Origin: Carcharhinus longimanus
Lineage: Eukaryota
Direction: 5' to 3'
Assembly (NCBI GenBank): GCA_030264375.1
Contig: JASCQW010000162.1
Coordinates: forward strand, 103,586,866-103,650,865
Length of the DNA stretch: 64,000 nt
Part shown: positions 11,243 to 26,104 of the stretch, one piece after another
Layout: each line of letters opens with the position of its first letter
Numbering within the stretch: position 1 is the stretch's first letter
Notes under the pieces: model-generated
Database searches by the model: none
Seen by the model: the letters and a program-made list of their open reading frames with translations, nothing else
Told to the model about the DNA's origin: nothing
Translations under genes and position numbers: made by a program

Positions 11243-14229
11243 ACTCCCCTTCCATTTTCACAAAAATTTAGCCCTTGGTGTATTAATTGGATTACATAAG
11301 GTAATCTCCCATAATTGGTGAGAATGCTGTTGGCAATATGTAATTATACACTAAATGATCATTGATAAATAGACAACTGTGAAAGTGACTCCAGTTAAAA
11401 TTTACACTCTCTGTGAACTTTGGCATATGCATATTGCTATAAAGGTGGAACATTTTAGGGGCAAAATCCCACTTTCCCATCAAAACAGTCTTTACATGCA
11501 AAAAGATAAGAACAAAAAAGCAAATGGAAAACAGTTATTTCCTTAGTAATCCCACTGTAATTAATGTGTCTTAGGTTCTCCTAACACTTAATTAATAAAT
11601 GTAGAAGTTCACGAGGCCTTGCATGCTGTGCGAAGATGCTAGATATGTTATTCAAATTATTGTCCAGTACATTTCTGCAATTCAGATGCAAAAGAGTACT
11701 TCTAACCAAGCATCTGGGGAAAATATACAGCATAAAATAAACTTCTGTTAACTTCTCGCCCCTGCACAGTACACTGAGAATTAAATTAATTACAAATCTG
11801 AACAGGCGAGCACTATGCTCAATATAATCTGACCAGTTTTTTTTCAGTCACATTAACATTTCCCATCTCAAGTTGTTTCATAGCCTCCAGGTTTCCTGAT
11901 CCCAAGAGCATTTTCTTCTCATGAAATGTTTAGGAAGTCTACCTGGAGAGGACAACATTTCTGCTCCTGATTCTTCATTAAGTCCAAACAGTGGAAAGTG
12001 GCAAGTGTTACACACTGCGAAAATGCAATCATGAACAATGCCCTGTGGGATTCATTTAACTACTATTTGCGATCAGCAAATTTAATGCACCAAGCCTACA
12101 TTTTCCTTTTCACATTTATTCTGGTGCAATTTTGATTGAAACTAATCTTGCACTGTAGATTTAAAACTACTTTCTCTGTTGAACCACCTGATGATTCAGC
12201 TAACTTGCTGATACTAAATCTTTCATAATTAATAACAAAAAATGAAACATTTCCTTCCACATTGGAATGCTGGTTCCAAAACATGAAATTCTAAAATCAC
12301 AGTAAACTCTTTTTAAAAGAAGGTGCATTACATATCATGAATCGGTTGAAACTTGCTTAGATCAGAAACATACCCTCTTCTAATGCCAAAGAAACATATT
12401 TGTAATTAACAACCGAATCACATGGGTGTTTGTACGCCTCCCACAAGAGACAAACTTCAAAATGTTTGGCTCTGAGCTATGTTGCAACACTGAGGCTCTC
12501 AGTTTCTTGCTTGTGACAACATAGATGGAGAAAACCCAAATCTAGATTCAAGGAACAGAATCACGATTTCCTTCTTTTTAAAACATATGCATAATTAAAA
12601 GCCAGTAGGAAGCTGATTGCATACATAAATTTATTCCTTAAGTGCTGTAAAACGTAATTAGACACTCATATTTATGACTGAAGAATGATTGGCCAGATCT
12701 AATAGCACAAAATAAAAATATGACAGTGATAATGAAATGAGGCATCAAGGTGGCAAGTTTCACGAGTTACAAAAGAAATCAAATTCAGTATGAATTTGAA
12801 GTAACCAAGTGATTAAGTTTTTAGCAAAAACCTAAATTGGGGAGGTGGGGGGAGGTTTGAGATTTGCAAGGTTGAAGTTTTTTTGACAATAGCACAAAAC
12901 AGCAAATTGGCAGCCTCGTGTATATCTTGCTTGATCTTTTTTCTCACTGTCATCAGTGGAAAACAATATCTAGTGTACACCTAGCTGCCCATTTACTATT
13001 GTCCATTTTGTGTTTTCCTAAAGGTCAGTTTCACCCCCACATAGTTTAAAATACAGAACTTCTGATTTCTTATACCACACATCACAAGCAACCTGCAGGA
13101 ATAGCAATTACGGATTGTGGTCATTATCGAGAGCATTGTACGGTAGGTAAATACACGCATAAAAGTGGAGGAGAGGATAAAGAGAAGATTCATGTAGCAT
13201 TCAGATTCCACAGTCTTTATTTTAACTGTATATTCTGCCTCTCCCTTTTCTAAAAATTTCAGGGTACACATTAAAATTGCGGTAGCTGTGCCAATGTTCT
13301 TCGTAATAGATCAAATTACTTGAAAAATCTTCAAGGAACACTATATCCATTAGACAAAATATCAATTCAGCTACTGTTTCACCCAAATAAATCAGAATTC
13401 TGCAAGGGGAATTGTCTAAGAAGTGCCTTAAATTTCCTTAATTGTCCCTAGGATGAGGTTTAATTTGTGCCCACTAAACAATAGATTGTTACGTTGAATT
13501 CTGGAATAAATTAAAAGTGTGAAGGATAATATAAGCAAAGTATTCTTTACCATTACCTTGCTGTAGTTCAAGCCCATCAGGCCACAGACTAACTTATTAG
13601 GAGGCTATAAATATTTCATCCCATAACTGAAAGTGTGCAAGATTCTTCGCCAAAGAGAATCTGAGAAGTTAGGATAGTAAAGGAGTTGATTGACTACAAA
13701 ACGTGAGCGTTCTGAAACAGAGAGAGTGTAGTAGAGTAGTAGAGTGGGAGAAAATGATATGACGGAAGTTAAAGCTATTTGGTTCTACCAACCAGAGAGA
13801 GGCTGAAGCAATTTGTTAGTCAGAGGTCCTATTTCCTAAAAGTCAAGGAAAGTGAGGGTTCAGCCACTCATCCAGAGGCAGCTACCAATATGGAAAGCAA
13901 ATCTTCACAGTAGACAATCCAAGAGGTCCAGATAGTACCTCCAAGGTTGTAATTTTTTCACTCCAGCTGCTCAAGAGACTAGCATCGTTGTCTCAGGGAA
14001 AGGTGAAGCAACCAATTCAATTTTACTTGCTCGTAAGTATGATATTACACAAGTTCTACAGCACAGAAACAAGCCTCTTCAGCCCAACTCATCCATGTTT
14101 AACCCTAAATTAATCTCAAACATTGATCTCAACTGTAAACCTGTAATTATCAGGCCAGTTAATACTGAATTATCATAATGTAACAGAGTTTATAACCTTC
14201 ACTGATGTTTGCCATTAATTGTCATTGAC

Positions 14230-14770
14230 ATTTGTTGTTATTGGCTGTCCCTCAAAATTGAGGATGATGTCTATCACCTTGGTGAGTCTTCAAATGACTG
14301 AGGATTCCAATTCTGGAGCCACAAGTTCTTCAGCAGTGGGACAAGTTGTTGCATGGGGGAGTAGCAATCACATCACAGGTTGCCTTCTCTTGCCTTCCTC
14401 TGCCACTCTGTCTTGCTTACAAGTTGTTGAGCTTTGAAGCGACTTGTGTCTTGATACATCAGGTATAGCCATGTTAGGCGGTCCACAGCCTTCTCCACAC
14501 AGTCAGTGCTGTTAATGACCACATGCTTTAGGGCAGCCTGGAGTGTATTCTTATACCTTTTCCTTTGGCTGTTCTTAGAGCATTGGCACATGGACAGCTG
14601 GCAGACAAGAACCTGCTGAGGGAGGCAGTTTCTAGGTATCCGATGCAAAGGCCTGTCCATGAAGAGTGGATTCCGCAGCAGCCGGACTCTGATGCTGATG
14701 GGACGCAGTTTCAAGAAAGATGCTGGTGTTGGTCCAGGATTCAATGCGAGCACTGCTGATGGAAGTTCTT
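14230..14770 (-). mobile_element. RTE-clade LINE 3' fragment
   Basis: ORF 14373-14753 contains RIPRNCLPQQVLVCQLS..SQRKRYKNTLQAALK..AVDRLTW, the RTE RT C-terminal signature. Confidence 0.75.
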
Positions 14771-14859
14771 AATGATCTTAACATGGTGTTAAATTGTATA
14801 ACTAAGTTTTGTTAGAGGGCATTAAACTATATGGGGGGGGCGGGGAGGGTCAGGAATTA

Positions 14860-15755
14860 GGTGGGAGGAGATGTAGTAAATCAAAGTATAATAAGAAAGT
14901 ATTAGAACAGAGCATGCAAGAATAAATAAATGGGACATGTAAGAAAGGTACTGCAATAATTATGGGTGACTTACGTAGATTAGGTAAATCAGATTGGTGA
15001 GGATCACTCAGAAACAGAGTACATAGAGTGTATGTGAGATAATTTCTTGGAGCTCTACATTCTATAGCCAGCCAGGGACCAGGCTGCTCTAGACCTGGAA
15101 TAAGCATTGAGACAGGATTAATCAATAACTTCATGGTAAAGGAGCTTTTAGGTGACAGTAATCATAAATTATTAGCTTTACATGTTCAGTTTGAAGGGGC
15201 GAAGTGTACATCTAAATTTTCAAACTGAATTAAAAGTAATTATCATGGTATCAAAAGCAGGGCTAACTGAAGTAATCAGTAAATTAGTAGTAATCTAGTA
15301 AAATAGATTAAAAGGTAGAACAGTAGAGGTGCAATGAAAGATTTTTAAGCAGATACTGAATAACTCTAAGCAAAGATTTATCTGCATTAAGCAGTTCAAG
15401 GAAGGTTTACTCACTCATTCTTGAGATGAAGGGCTTATCTCATGAAAAGGGTTGAACAGGCTGAGCCTATACCATTTGGAGTTTAAAAGAATGAGAAGTG
15501 ATCTTATTACAACGTATGTGATCTTGCGGAGACTTGATATGGTGGCTACTGGGAAGATAATTCCACTTGTGAGGGAATTTAGAACTAGATGAGGGGAGCT
15601 TATTTTCTCTCATTAGTGGAATTGTCTTTGCCAGAAAGCAGCAAAGGTTGGGTCATTGAATATTCCAGGCAGAGTCAGACAGGTTTTTGACGGGCAAGGG
15701 ATCGGGTTTGATGGGCTGAATGGTCTTCCCCTCGCCATAAATTCTATGTTCCTAT
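14860..15755 (+). mobile_element. Degraded, internally deleted CR1 LINE
   Basis: Endonuclease-end motifs (IIMGD, LGDSNH-like ttaggtgacagtaatcat) followed by a 3' tail ending gggctgaatggtcttcc...ttctatgttcctatg. Confidence 0.7.
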
Positions 15756-16299
15756 GGGCAATATACACCAATGTCAATTTTATTGTCAATGTCAATGAGG
15801 AGTTATGGTTTAGGTGCTCTCACAAATATTCTTATCAGAGTACCAGTCCCAATGTACTTACAATGAGTAAGAACTATTGCTATTTAGGCAAAAAGAAACA
15901 CAACAGGTGTTGCGCAGCTATCCGTAAGGTCACAAAATAGTTTGCAAATTTCACATGAACTATTATATCCACCCTAAACTGAAGTTTCTATTCTGTCCAG
16001 TATACAGAATGTTTTGCAATCTGCAGTTATATTTTACACATTTTAAATGCAGAACAGGTCATTTTTCCCTATTTCAGAACAGATTATTTTTGAAGAGAAG
16101 ACAGAAAAAAAACTGAAGGAATTATGTGAAGGACCAAATTTCTTTCATGAATCTATTATATTTTCTATTCAAATTAAGTTATCAACTCTGCAGGTTAATC
16201 TTCCAATTTCCTACTTCGTGCAGTTTGTCGTAGTAAATTTCCAGCAACAGCAGAGAATTGAATCTAGGCACAAGAAGATTTATATTGTATTTTGCTTAT

Positions 16300-17040
16300 G
16301 ATATTAAACGGGGAGCTAAACTAAGGAAGGATAAAAGAGAACAGAAGTGTGGAGCCAGCCGATAACTAGCTGCTATAATTTTATGGAGAGAAATGTTAAG
16401 TGGTACATTTTGTGAAAGCAGGAAGTAAACGGACATATACTCTAAATAATACAACATCAATCAGATTGGAGGAACAGAGTGATGCAGATATATCAAATCG
16501 ATCACAGGCTTATGCATCAGGTAACCAAATTTAATAGAAATATAAAATAAATTTATAACGAATGAGGCGATAATTGAAACATTGTAAGTTTGGACACTCC
16601 ATTATGGAAGGATGTTCAAGTTGTGAAAAGGACATAATAACGATTCCAGGAAGACTTAATGAAAAAAAATCTATAAATATTGGAGCTTTATTCACTGAAA
16701 CACAAAAAAAATCCGAAGGGGAATCTAACTGGGCTTTTCTCAATTTCAATAGAATACTTAGAAATCAAACATTGAAGATACAAAACAAAAAAATGAAAAT
16801 GGATGCTGTAAGTGTTTTTCATAATGCAATATTGGAACATAGAATTAGTAGTAATTGAGAGACAGACAATCGCTTAATTTAACAGGGATTTCAAAAATTC
16901 ATTGATTCTAAAATATATGAAAAAATACAGATAAGTGACAGGGAAAATCAATTANNNNNNNNNATCAATTAGAGGAGACAAGTCCCTAAAGAGCCCACAA
17001 AGGTACAGGTCGGTTGAGCAAAATGGTCCCCTCATGTTGG
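16300..17040 (+). mobile_element. Highly degraded CR1 LINE 3' region
   Basis: Residual motifs aatgttaagtggtacattttg, ttggagctttattcactg and a tail-like ggttgagcaaaatggtcccctc. Confidence 0.5.
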
Positions 17041-18225
17041 AATGCAAGTGATAAAAACACAAATAAGTTTTTAGTTTCATGGAAGCAAATGAATATGTTT
17101 TAAATTATCTAGCTGGTTTATTTTAATTACAACCCGATATAGCTCAAAGTACTCTTTTTTAAAATCCAGTGAGCTGCCGCAAACTGAAATGTATCGCAGC
17201 TTCTTAGCCAGAGAGCATGCTGCCAATCCTATCTATACTCATAGATCAATGTCAGCCTTACAAGGAATGAACTAAACTACTAAATGGTTTTGGCGCTGTG
17301 TCAGAAATGAACCAGTTTTCCCATGGGTGCAAGAGTGTGCCCAAAGTCATTTTTGCCCCATGATGCTCTCAAGTCACCAAACAAGCTTTACTCCCTGACT
17401 GCTGCTAGTGGCTCAGAAATGAACACAGGGGAATGCAAAAAGAGGAACAGAAGAGTCATGATAGATGTACTTAGGACAGAACATGATTCAATAATGTAAA
17501 TACTGCAGAGTGAATAGAAATAACTTAAATTGGTTTTGACATATTGCCATCTTAATTTCATCAGATTTTTGTGGAACGGTGGACTGATAATAAATAACTT
17601 CCATCTTAAAAACTCAAATCCTCCTGCAATTTTAAACTTGGTTCCATGATATGAATTAACCTGTTCGTTCGTTCGTTCGCTCACTCACTAAGCAAATAAT
17701 AAAACAAAGTGACTTTTAGTACAAAATTCTTTGAGGGGAATCAGGAGACCGAGGGGAGATCAACTGTGAGCGTAGTTTATGAGGTTGTGATTTATTTAAA
17801 GTAATTACTAATTAGATTTTAGTAAAATTAAAGTTGGAATAGACTATTTAATTGGACCACAGGCAACTTGAATGTCAATAGAGCCAACCAATGCTTGAAA
17901 TATATTTCCAACTTACATATTGCTATAAAAAGTTTGATTGTATCCTGAGCAAAAAACTCAGTTTAATGAGGAAAAATTAATCTCAATCTCCTCCTTCATC
18001 AAACATTCTTCTTGTCTGCAATTTGACATGTGCATTTGAAAAGGTGGTTAAGAGCAAACACTACAAAATTCAATTTAAAAATAAAGAAAATCTGGTAAGT
18101 AGAAAATCTCCATTTCTTTGCCCTGAAAATATGCCCAAAATACTCAACCTCAAACTTGGTATTTGTGGAAGTTGTGTCCCGCTAAGGGAGGATATCTGTG
18201 ACTAAATAGTTTCAGACATCATGAG

Positions 18226-18360
18226 TGGGATTTTTTGGCCTCGCTCATCCTGAATCCGCAAAATCCTGCCCGAGGTCAATGGGTCTTTCCAGCGCTTTCC
18301 AAGTTCTGCCCTTCGCTTGCTCCGATTCCCATGGCAGGCAGGACATTAAAATTTGTTCCT
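18226..18360. mobile_element. Harbinger-like MITE
   Basis: Reverse-orientation relative of 8707-8822 (ccgattcccatggc versus gccatgggaatcgg; aaaatcctgccc). Confidence 0.6.
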
Positions 18361-21300
18361 ATGGCTTACTAGCTATCAGCTGGTCCATATCTGTACTCCT
18401 TAGTGCAAGGAACAATGAAATCCCCTATATTTCTTCCATCTCTCGGGGATTCACTATTCATGATGTGGATATGTTGTCAGACTTTTTACTGGATTCACTA
18501 TTGACAAACATCGCATGACCAAACAATTTGTGCCCATGCCTCTCCAGGTCAACTGGCAGCTAAAACTAATTGTCCATAAAACAAACAGCAGTTTCTTTTC
18601 CCCTTTCTCAGAGACCATTTGATCTGCCATAAATGGTTCTCCAGTGCAATGGAGATGAACCTACATCTTCCAGCATCTGTTGTTCACCTCAGATTAAAAC
18701 TGCAGCTCATATTCATTCTCTTCATTTAGGCAATCAATACGCACCAAAGAAATGCCTGCAATTTTATTCTTTCTACATGAATTTTAAAACAATACAATTT
18801 TTTGACAAGAATAATATGCCAAAATTTCACCCCAATGTTTCTGAAGAAGCTGATTCCTGCCTGAAGTTAATCACTATGAATCTGTAGGCCAAGTAGTTCG
18901 CCATGGCTAAGCGATCAGTGAATACCAGTATGCTATTTAACTGCAGAAAGCATCACAATCACATATGATCTGATCCTTATTAAACATTGATACAAACACA
19001 CCTCTTGCTCCATAGCAATTAGATGAAAAAAACACATCATTTTATCCCTCTAAATCCAGAAGTGCCAAAGTCAACTGTAGTGGCATTACAATCTCCCAAA
19101 CTAAGGTTTTTGCTGTGCAGCAACACAAAAATAAAGGACAGACAGCAGTATGAAACAACGTTCAGTTGAACTGCAATGTAGCATTAAACTTGGTTTCATT
19201 GAGTGCTCCAGGGTTTGAGGCACAGCAATTTCACCTGTACATGAAAAGTCAATTTGGAATCAAACAAGGTGCTGGCTAACTGAAAGTGATTTTTTAACTG
19301 TTAATTTATATTTTCTAAGTACTTAAGAATGTTGACAATGTATAACACCTTCCAACTTCCTCGCTGTGGATGTGGTCTCAAATCCCAACCTTGACTCTCA
19401 GTGCCATAGATACTTAATGCCATAGGTGGCTCAGAGTATATGAACCTACTTGTACGCTATGTCATGCTGCCATATACAATACAGTACAGGAACTCTGTAC
19501 CAATCTGGGACTATGCAATGTCCGGCAGAGAAGAACAACAGTCAAAAACCCTGGCCAATTAAAAGAGCAAAGGCCTAGAAAATTTGTTTTTGACCCTCTG
19601 AGGTGATCAAAAGTAATTGAGGAGGCCACAATATTTGGCTCCAAGGAATGCTTTATTGAACATTCAATTCAATCCGAGAGGCTTACATGGTACTAGCAGA
19701 AACCAAATCAATCACCAACAGAGCAAGTACAAATTCAGACTGAAGTACAAGAGGGATTTTCACTTTGTATCAGCTGGAAATAGTTTCCTTTCCAGCATTT
19801 ACATCAGGGAATTCTATAAACATCAGCTGCAGATTTAAATTAGAAGTGCAGTATAATGTGAATGTTAAAATTATACTGCTGATTTCAATTAAGATACATG
19901 ACAAGATCCTAATTTTTAAACTAGGTTTGGTTTAATGATAGATTTTGTAGCACTGCCATCACTCATTTTGTGAAAGTATAACAGGCTATAAAATTGCAAA
20001 TACAGACATCTTCAGTCAATGCACTGATAACCACATCAATAGACAATGATCAATAGTCTACTAAAACTATGCAAGATTATTGATTTGTAAGTCTAAGCCA
20101 CACTGAAACGTGCTCATCTGTTCCAGGTTACAAGACATTCACTGACTGTAAAAGGTTAAAATAACAAAAGTGGACAAACCTCACCTGAAACACAAAAGGA
20201 AGACTGAATAGAAATGAAGTACTGATAAAAATACTGGTCCCAATTTAGTACAGCATCTGGAGTTCTTACAAGAGGGAACCAAAACAAAATGATATTTAGT
20301 TTTGCTACACTCCATCATGGAAACACACCTTACCCACACACATACTGGACCAAATTTGGTGATCAGCAATGAATGAATGGCATCAATAGTCATGACACAC
20401 ATATGCTTTTCCATAGACTTTCTATAGTTTTTACACTGGAAATTGAGGTAATTAGAAATCTAAAACAGTGACATGACCACTTAGAGGATCTGAGACCTCT
20501 GTTAACAATTATGTGTCTCCTTAACCAATCAAATTGAAAAACTTTACTGGGACACACAAGAGTCTGAACCAGGAAATGCAGTTTCATATTTAATTGAACT
20601 TCACATCATGTAGAAAAAGCAAAATGAACAAGGGAAATAAGAATAAGATACGGGGAGAAAAGGGAAAGATGTAAAGGGTACAAAAAAAGTTCAAATCTCC
20701 AACAATAATTAAACAACATGCTTGTAAAAGTTAATTTTCAGTGCCAGAGTGCTTGTTGGACAGTAATTAAGCTTTAACAGGTATTTACAATTTACTCAGG
20801 CTGGAATGGACAAGGCCTGTTTTTCTAGAATGTTTTGTGGATATTTGTCACTTAAGAATCCCAACAACAATGTTGCATGTTTTTGCAATATCAAGGAACA
20901 TATTCAGCATCTTCCTGATTTCTACCTTTTAATGTGCATGCATGTTTTCTAGAAATTCATGCCCAATATACCTTTTATTAACAGTGAGTGATGACATCAC
21001 TATTTTTTCTACTGTAAAATCCAAATCAAAGTGACTTAAATATAGATGGACCAAGTGCTGACAAGTTGTTAAAACTAATATATTTCACTTTGCAGCTGCA
21101 GAAACCTGTAAATATGACACTAGTAATATGGCACAAAACTAGTCTGTCTAATCTGCAATGTTGGCCATCTGCTCTGGACATTTGAACACTCCAGTTTTGA
21201 AACTAATTATCAAGGAAAATAGCACTTCCAGTTGCATTATTAAAGTTCAATTTCAGATGATAAAATAGAAGATGGAAAAGAAGGTTTTAATGGCAGTTGA

Positions 21301-21871
21301 TAAAGGTACATAAAACACAATAAGCTCTATTACAGCTCTGGGCATGTGGAGTTCCTAGTGTAACACTGACATGTATTAACCTACTTTTTCTTCTGTGCCA
21401 GTTCCTACCCTTGTTGTGACTTTTTGTGCTAAATACAAAATGGTTAAAAATCTAGGAGTGTCATTTTAACACTTAAACAAGTAGCTTTGAAAGAAGTTGG
21501 CCTGAAATATAAAACAACATAGATCTTTATTTTCTTCATTAACCTCTTAGTCCATTAATCTTCATCCGAACTTAGAGGCACTGAATGACTTCTACAGATA
21601 GGAACATGCCAAAAATAAAATATTGTACTTCAAAAGAAAAACAATGTTATCTATGAATAAAGAACAGTTAGAGTTTTCAGAACTTTTAGTTTAGAATCAA
21701 TTGCTATCTGAATTATAGAATGTTAAAAGTACAAAGTTACATTTGCAGTTCTGAAAAGAAAATTGACTCTTGTTTGTTTACATAAAATTATTAGAAGAAT
21801 GAAACAAATAAAATCTGCAGAAATTCAAGTTACTATTAAATTTTATTTACTATGCGAATTCCCCTGAAAAT

Positions 21872-23307
21872 TATCGTTTACACTCATGTAAAAGTTGAGT
21901 TCTTGAGACCATATTTTTGAGCACAAAGACCTTTTTCTTTACGTAATCCTCCTGATCAGAAACTCCAAACTTTCCTCAGCCCATATTTTCAAGCCAACTT
22001 TATCCGTCCATCCTTTATTATGAATGAAGGCTCCTGTTAGGAATTGTTGCTGTGGAGGGGTTTTCCTTGAGGATTAACATTGGCTTAAGCTTTGTTGTAT
22101 CAGACATGCAAAACAGAACAACAGTGAGTTTATTCTTTTCATGGCCAGCCATCTTCAAACAACTGTTTGAACACCGTCTTCTCTCAGATTTTGAATATCA
22201 TTTGACTGCCTGGTGTATTAAAATTCATGGGAGTTTCACTCATGCTCCCAATATTGGCCAATTTGTATCCATTTTTTGTTTACATTCGATTCTAAACTGT
22301 TTAAATTGAATAATCTTGTCATCTAGCTCTACTGGGACACTGAAAACTTCTGTCACTTCAAAACAATTAAGAATATCAACACAAACATCTGCCTCTGAAC
22401 TGAATGGCCCACCAAAACTGGGAGGCCCCACTTATTCTTTTCGATATTAGGACTCCACCTCCAGCGCACTCTACAGGCATGCTTTTATATAGCATTTCTT
22501 TTTAACTAAAAATTTATTTTCAAAAGCATAAACTTTGGACACAAATATCACAGATGTGAAATCTTGGTCTCCTGTTTCTCTTCATAAACCTGTACAACTT
22601 CCAGAGTTGGCTTTGAAATCTGTAACACCTAATATTTTTGCTTATTTCAGGGTAAAGAAATACGTAGATCTGTAAGTCCATTCCAGCGATTTTAGCTGGC
22701 ACATTTTGCAACTTCATTTTCCGACTGTGGCTATTTGTCCGGATTTTTTTTTTTCTGTTTCCATACTAATTCCTAGGCATCTGCCTAAGCCAAATAGAGT
22801 ACCCTCCAATCCTCCAAGTGTTCGTCTTTGACATGTTGAGTGGTGTTGCGTAATTATTTGTCGGCTCTGCAAACTCAATGACTTTAAGTTTAAACAGGAC
22901 TGTGTGTCTGCTTTTCCTTCTTAATACCAAATTGTCAAAAATATGGGTATGTACACAGGGTATAGTACTTTGGTGTGATGTTTGTGTACCTTGTTTCCAA
23001 CTGGCAGAATTTGCTAATTCCTGGATTTCCCAGTTCAAATTTCAGGTTTTTGCTCCTTTTAAACAATTTTATAGGGTGTAATATAAATCAGAGAAAAATG
23101 TGAGCAAAATGTACATAACCCTGAAGAATTAGAAGAGGTAACCAGTCTCAAGGAATTACATTATCGATTGGAGTTATTTATCACAGCACTGATAACACAT
23201 TGTTCTACCCTCAAAATCAAAGGTCAACTTATACACAAGATATATGACAAATTAAGAACTTTTTGGCTAAACGGGAGGAATGAGCTATTCCTCAAATATA
23301 TCCAGTA
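21872..23307 (-). mobile_element. pogo-family (POGK/Passer-like) DNA transposon relic with decayed transposase
   Basis: Minus-strand fragments in order: RRKSRHTVLFKLKVIEFAE (Brinker-type DBD), RFQSQLWKLYRFMKR (CENP-B-type HTH), ANIGSMSETPMNF, GHEKNKLTVVLFCMSDTTKLKPMLIL, KGWTD (DDE_1). Degenerate TA-flanked ends tatcgtttacactcatgtaaaagttgag and ...caaatatatccagta. Confidence 0.8.
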
Positions 23308-23439
23308 CTTCAACTAGAAATAAATATTTTTTCTTCCTTTAAATTTAAGTATTTACTTTTTCTATTTTTTTCCTTGGGGACTGCAAGTATCCAACTGAAA
23401 CATGAGGAAACTCAACTGCTTGAAACATTTCTACCATAG

Positions 23440-24650
23440 CAATACAGGACAAAGAGTAAGCCATTCACCTCCTCAAACCTGGTTAGCAATTCAATTTAAT
23501 CCATTTGCCAGTCTTTGCCCTGTATCCCTTGAACTCCTACTTAATTTGTTAGTGGACACGTCCATCAAAAAAAAATCTAAAGCTTAAAAATTTCAATTGA
23601 TTCATCATCCACAATCTTTTGGGGAAGAGAGTACCAGATTTTAGCCATCATTTGTTTGAATAAATGTATTGTAATTTTATGCCTAACTGGTTCACCTTTT
23701 ATTTTATGATATTCCCTCATTCTACATTTCCTTACCATAAAAAATGCTTCTCAGTGTCTACCTATAGAATCACTGAACCACAGAAAAGTTACAGTGCAGA
23801 AGGAGCCATCTGGCCCATCTCATCCATGCCAGCCTGAGGACACCCAAATGCGCTTTTTAATCTCACCTTCCTGCACCTGGCCCCATAGCTTTGTAGCTTA
23901 TAGTGCATAAGGTGCAGATCCAGATACTTTTTAAAAGAGTTTAGGGTCTCTGCCTCTATCACCACCACAGGTAGAAAATTCCAGATACCCACCATCCTTT
24001 GCACAAAAAAGTTCTTTCCTATGTCCCTAATACACTTACTGCCATTTGTCTTGAATCTAGGTTCCTTGGTTCTAGAATTCTTCACCAAGATAAACAATTT
24101 TATCCTGGAATCACTTTATCATTCTGAACACCTCAATTACATCAGCTCCTCAATCTTCTACACTTAAGGGAATAATCAATTATGTGAACTGTCTGCATAA
24201 CTTAAATCGTTAAGCATAGTATTGTGGTGAACTTACAATGAATCCTCTTAAAGGCCAACACACTTTTCCTGAAGTGAACTCTGCAAAATTGAAAGCAGCA
24301 CTCTACATGTTATCTGATAAAGGTTCTGTATAACTAAAGCATGACCTCAAAATGACTGGCATATAAAAATAAGGAAGTGAAGGTCAACATTCCATTTGCT
24401 GTTTTAAATACTTTTAGTGTAATGATTTGCGTAATGTACACTAAAACCCTTTTGTCTGCCAAAACCTACAGTCTTTCCATTTGGAAAAATTGATTCATTT
24501 TTCTTGAATCCCCATTAAATGATCTCAGACTCAACCACATTGAAAACCATCTGCTATAGTTTTGCCTACTCATATAGCTTGTCAGTCTTTTTGTAATTTA
24601 CTGGTCCCATCTACACAACTTGCCATGGCTCCTAACACAGTGTACTCTGC
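23440..24650 (-). mobile_element. Old CR1 fragment with a younger CR1 3' end nested at ~23775-24105
   Basis: ORF 23789-24097 KNFFVQRMVGIWNFLP...FKKYLD is a CR1 C-terminus; degraded CR1 sequence continues on both sides. Confidence 0.75.
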
Positions 24651-26104
24651 AAATTTGGGTGAAAAGCTGACATCAGAGCCCAGATCTCTGGGGAGCACCC
24701 ATATTAGTATCTCACCATCTTGAAACAAGTTGTCCACTAGAACATATGTTTTATCAGAAAATGTAGTTAGATTAGTGCCAATTTCCAGCTTTTGGAAAGA
24801 GATACGTCCAAGATACTGCAAGGATTTGTTTTAGAATGATTTAGATACTGCACCTCCAGTAACACTGATTGATAAGCATTGTGTAAAAATGTGGGTTAGG
24901 CTTTTAAATTCATGAACCTTTGCTTAAATGTACCCAAGAATAATGGGAAGAAGGTCTTTTTTTTGATCAGGAGAGTTCTTGTCAAAAATTGAGGCTTTCT
25001 TCATGCAATACCCAATTTGCATAACTGCACGGTACCAAATTGCCTCCAATTTGATTGGCCACCTCAGGTGGTAAAATCACGTTGGTGCAAGAGAGGGTGA
25101 GGATACTATGCTAATGTTGAGCCTAAGGCACATTGTTGGGTCATAGCATAATGAGATTTAGTATACAGCTGGCCAAGCCATACCTGATACGGAGGGCTGG
25201 AAAACAAAACTGGCTTCTTGATATAGGAAAGTGTTGCCTATGCAAGTGCAACCATCCCTTGACTCGAGTTTTGATCAGAAAAATTAAGCAAGCTGTTTTT
25301 TGTACTCAAAAAAAGAAAATATTTTCAGCTCCCGCCAAAATGCTAGATCTATGCACAAGGCAGTGCTGAGGTTGCTGTAAAACCTGCTGCTGGGAAATGC
25401 ACAAGAGCAGGTTGGGTTAACTCCCTTGGATCTTTCCCTTTCTGTGATTGATGGAGATCATAGAACGCAGCCTTCAATTGATATCTCCCCACATGAAACA
25501 GCTGAAATCAGCACTTCACTGTGTAAAAGATTGTAGATATAAACTTGCACATAGCTTCTCCATTATAAGGGATACAGGAACTTACGTGTGACATTACCCA
25601 CTTCCCCATCAATATGTGGATCGCGAGTATGTTTAGCGTCACTCCTCCTGAGGTCAAACATCAAAAAAATACTGCATGTCATCAAAATGTAGATTTTAAT
25701 GGACTAGCTAGCTGGGAAGCAGGGAATCAATATGTCACATTCATTAAAATCTGTGGTGTATTTGGTAAAATAATTTTTTCCTATAATAAAGATTAATGGA
25801 CTAATAATACTTTGCAAATATTTAAAATTTCACCAAGCAAAACTCAATCATAATTACCATAACACATGACCAGGACTTGGTGTACAAAGGCTGAACAATG
25901 AACAATTGAAGTAATTTATTTAACCCTTACATGGGGAAAAAAGAATGCATGCTTTAAGAATGTAAGATGTTCAAGCAATACTCTCAAGTACTTAGTGCTG
26001 TTCCCTTACTTATGATACATATGCTTGGGTACATTGAAGTATATTTAAACAAGATTCAGCTTTGGACATGAGTTGCAAAATTTTGATTACTTTCAACAAT
26101 TCAA

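Noticed and set aside
16947-16971. atcaatta direct repeat around 9 Ns
   Set aside because: Most likely a contig-overlap artefact at a small gap.
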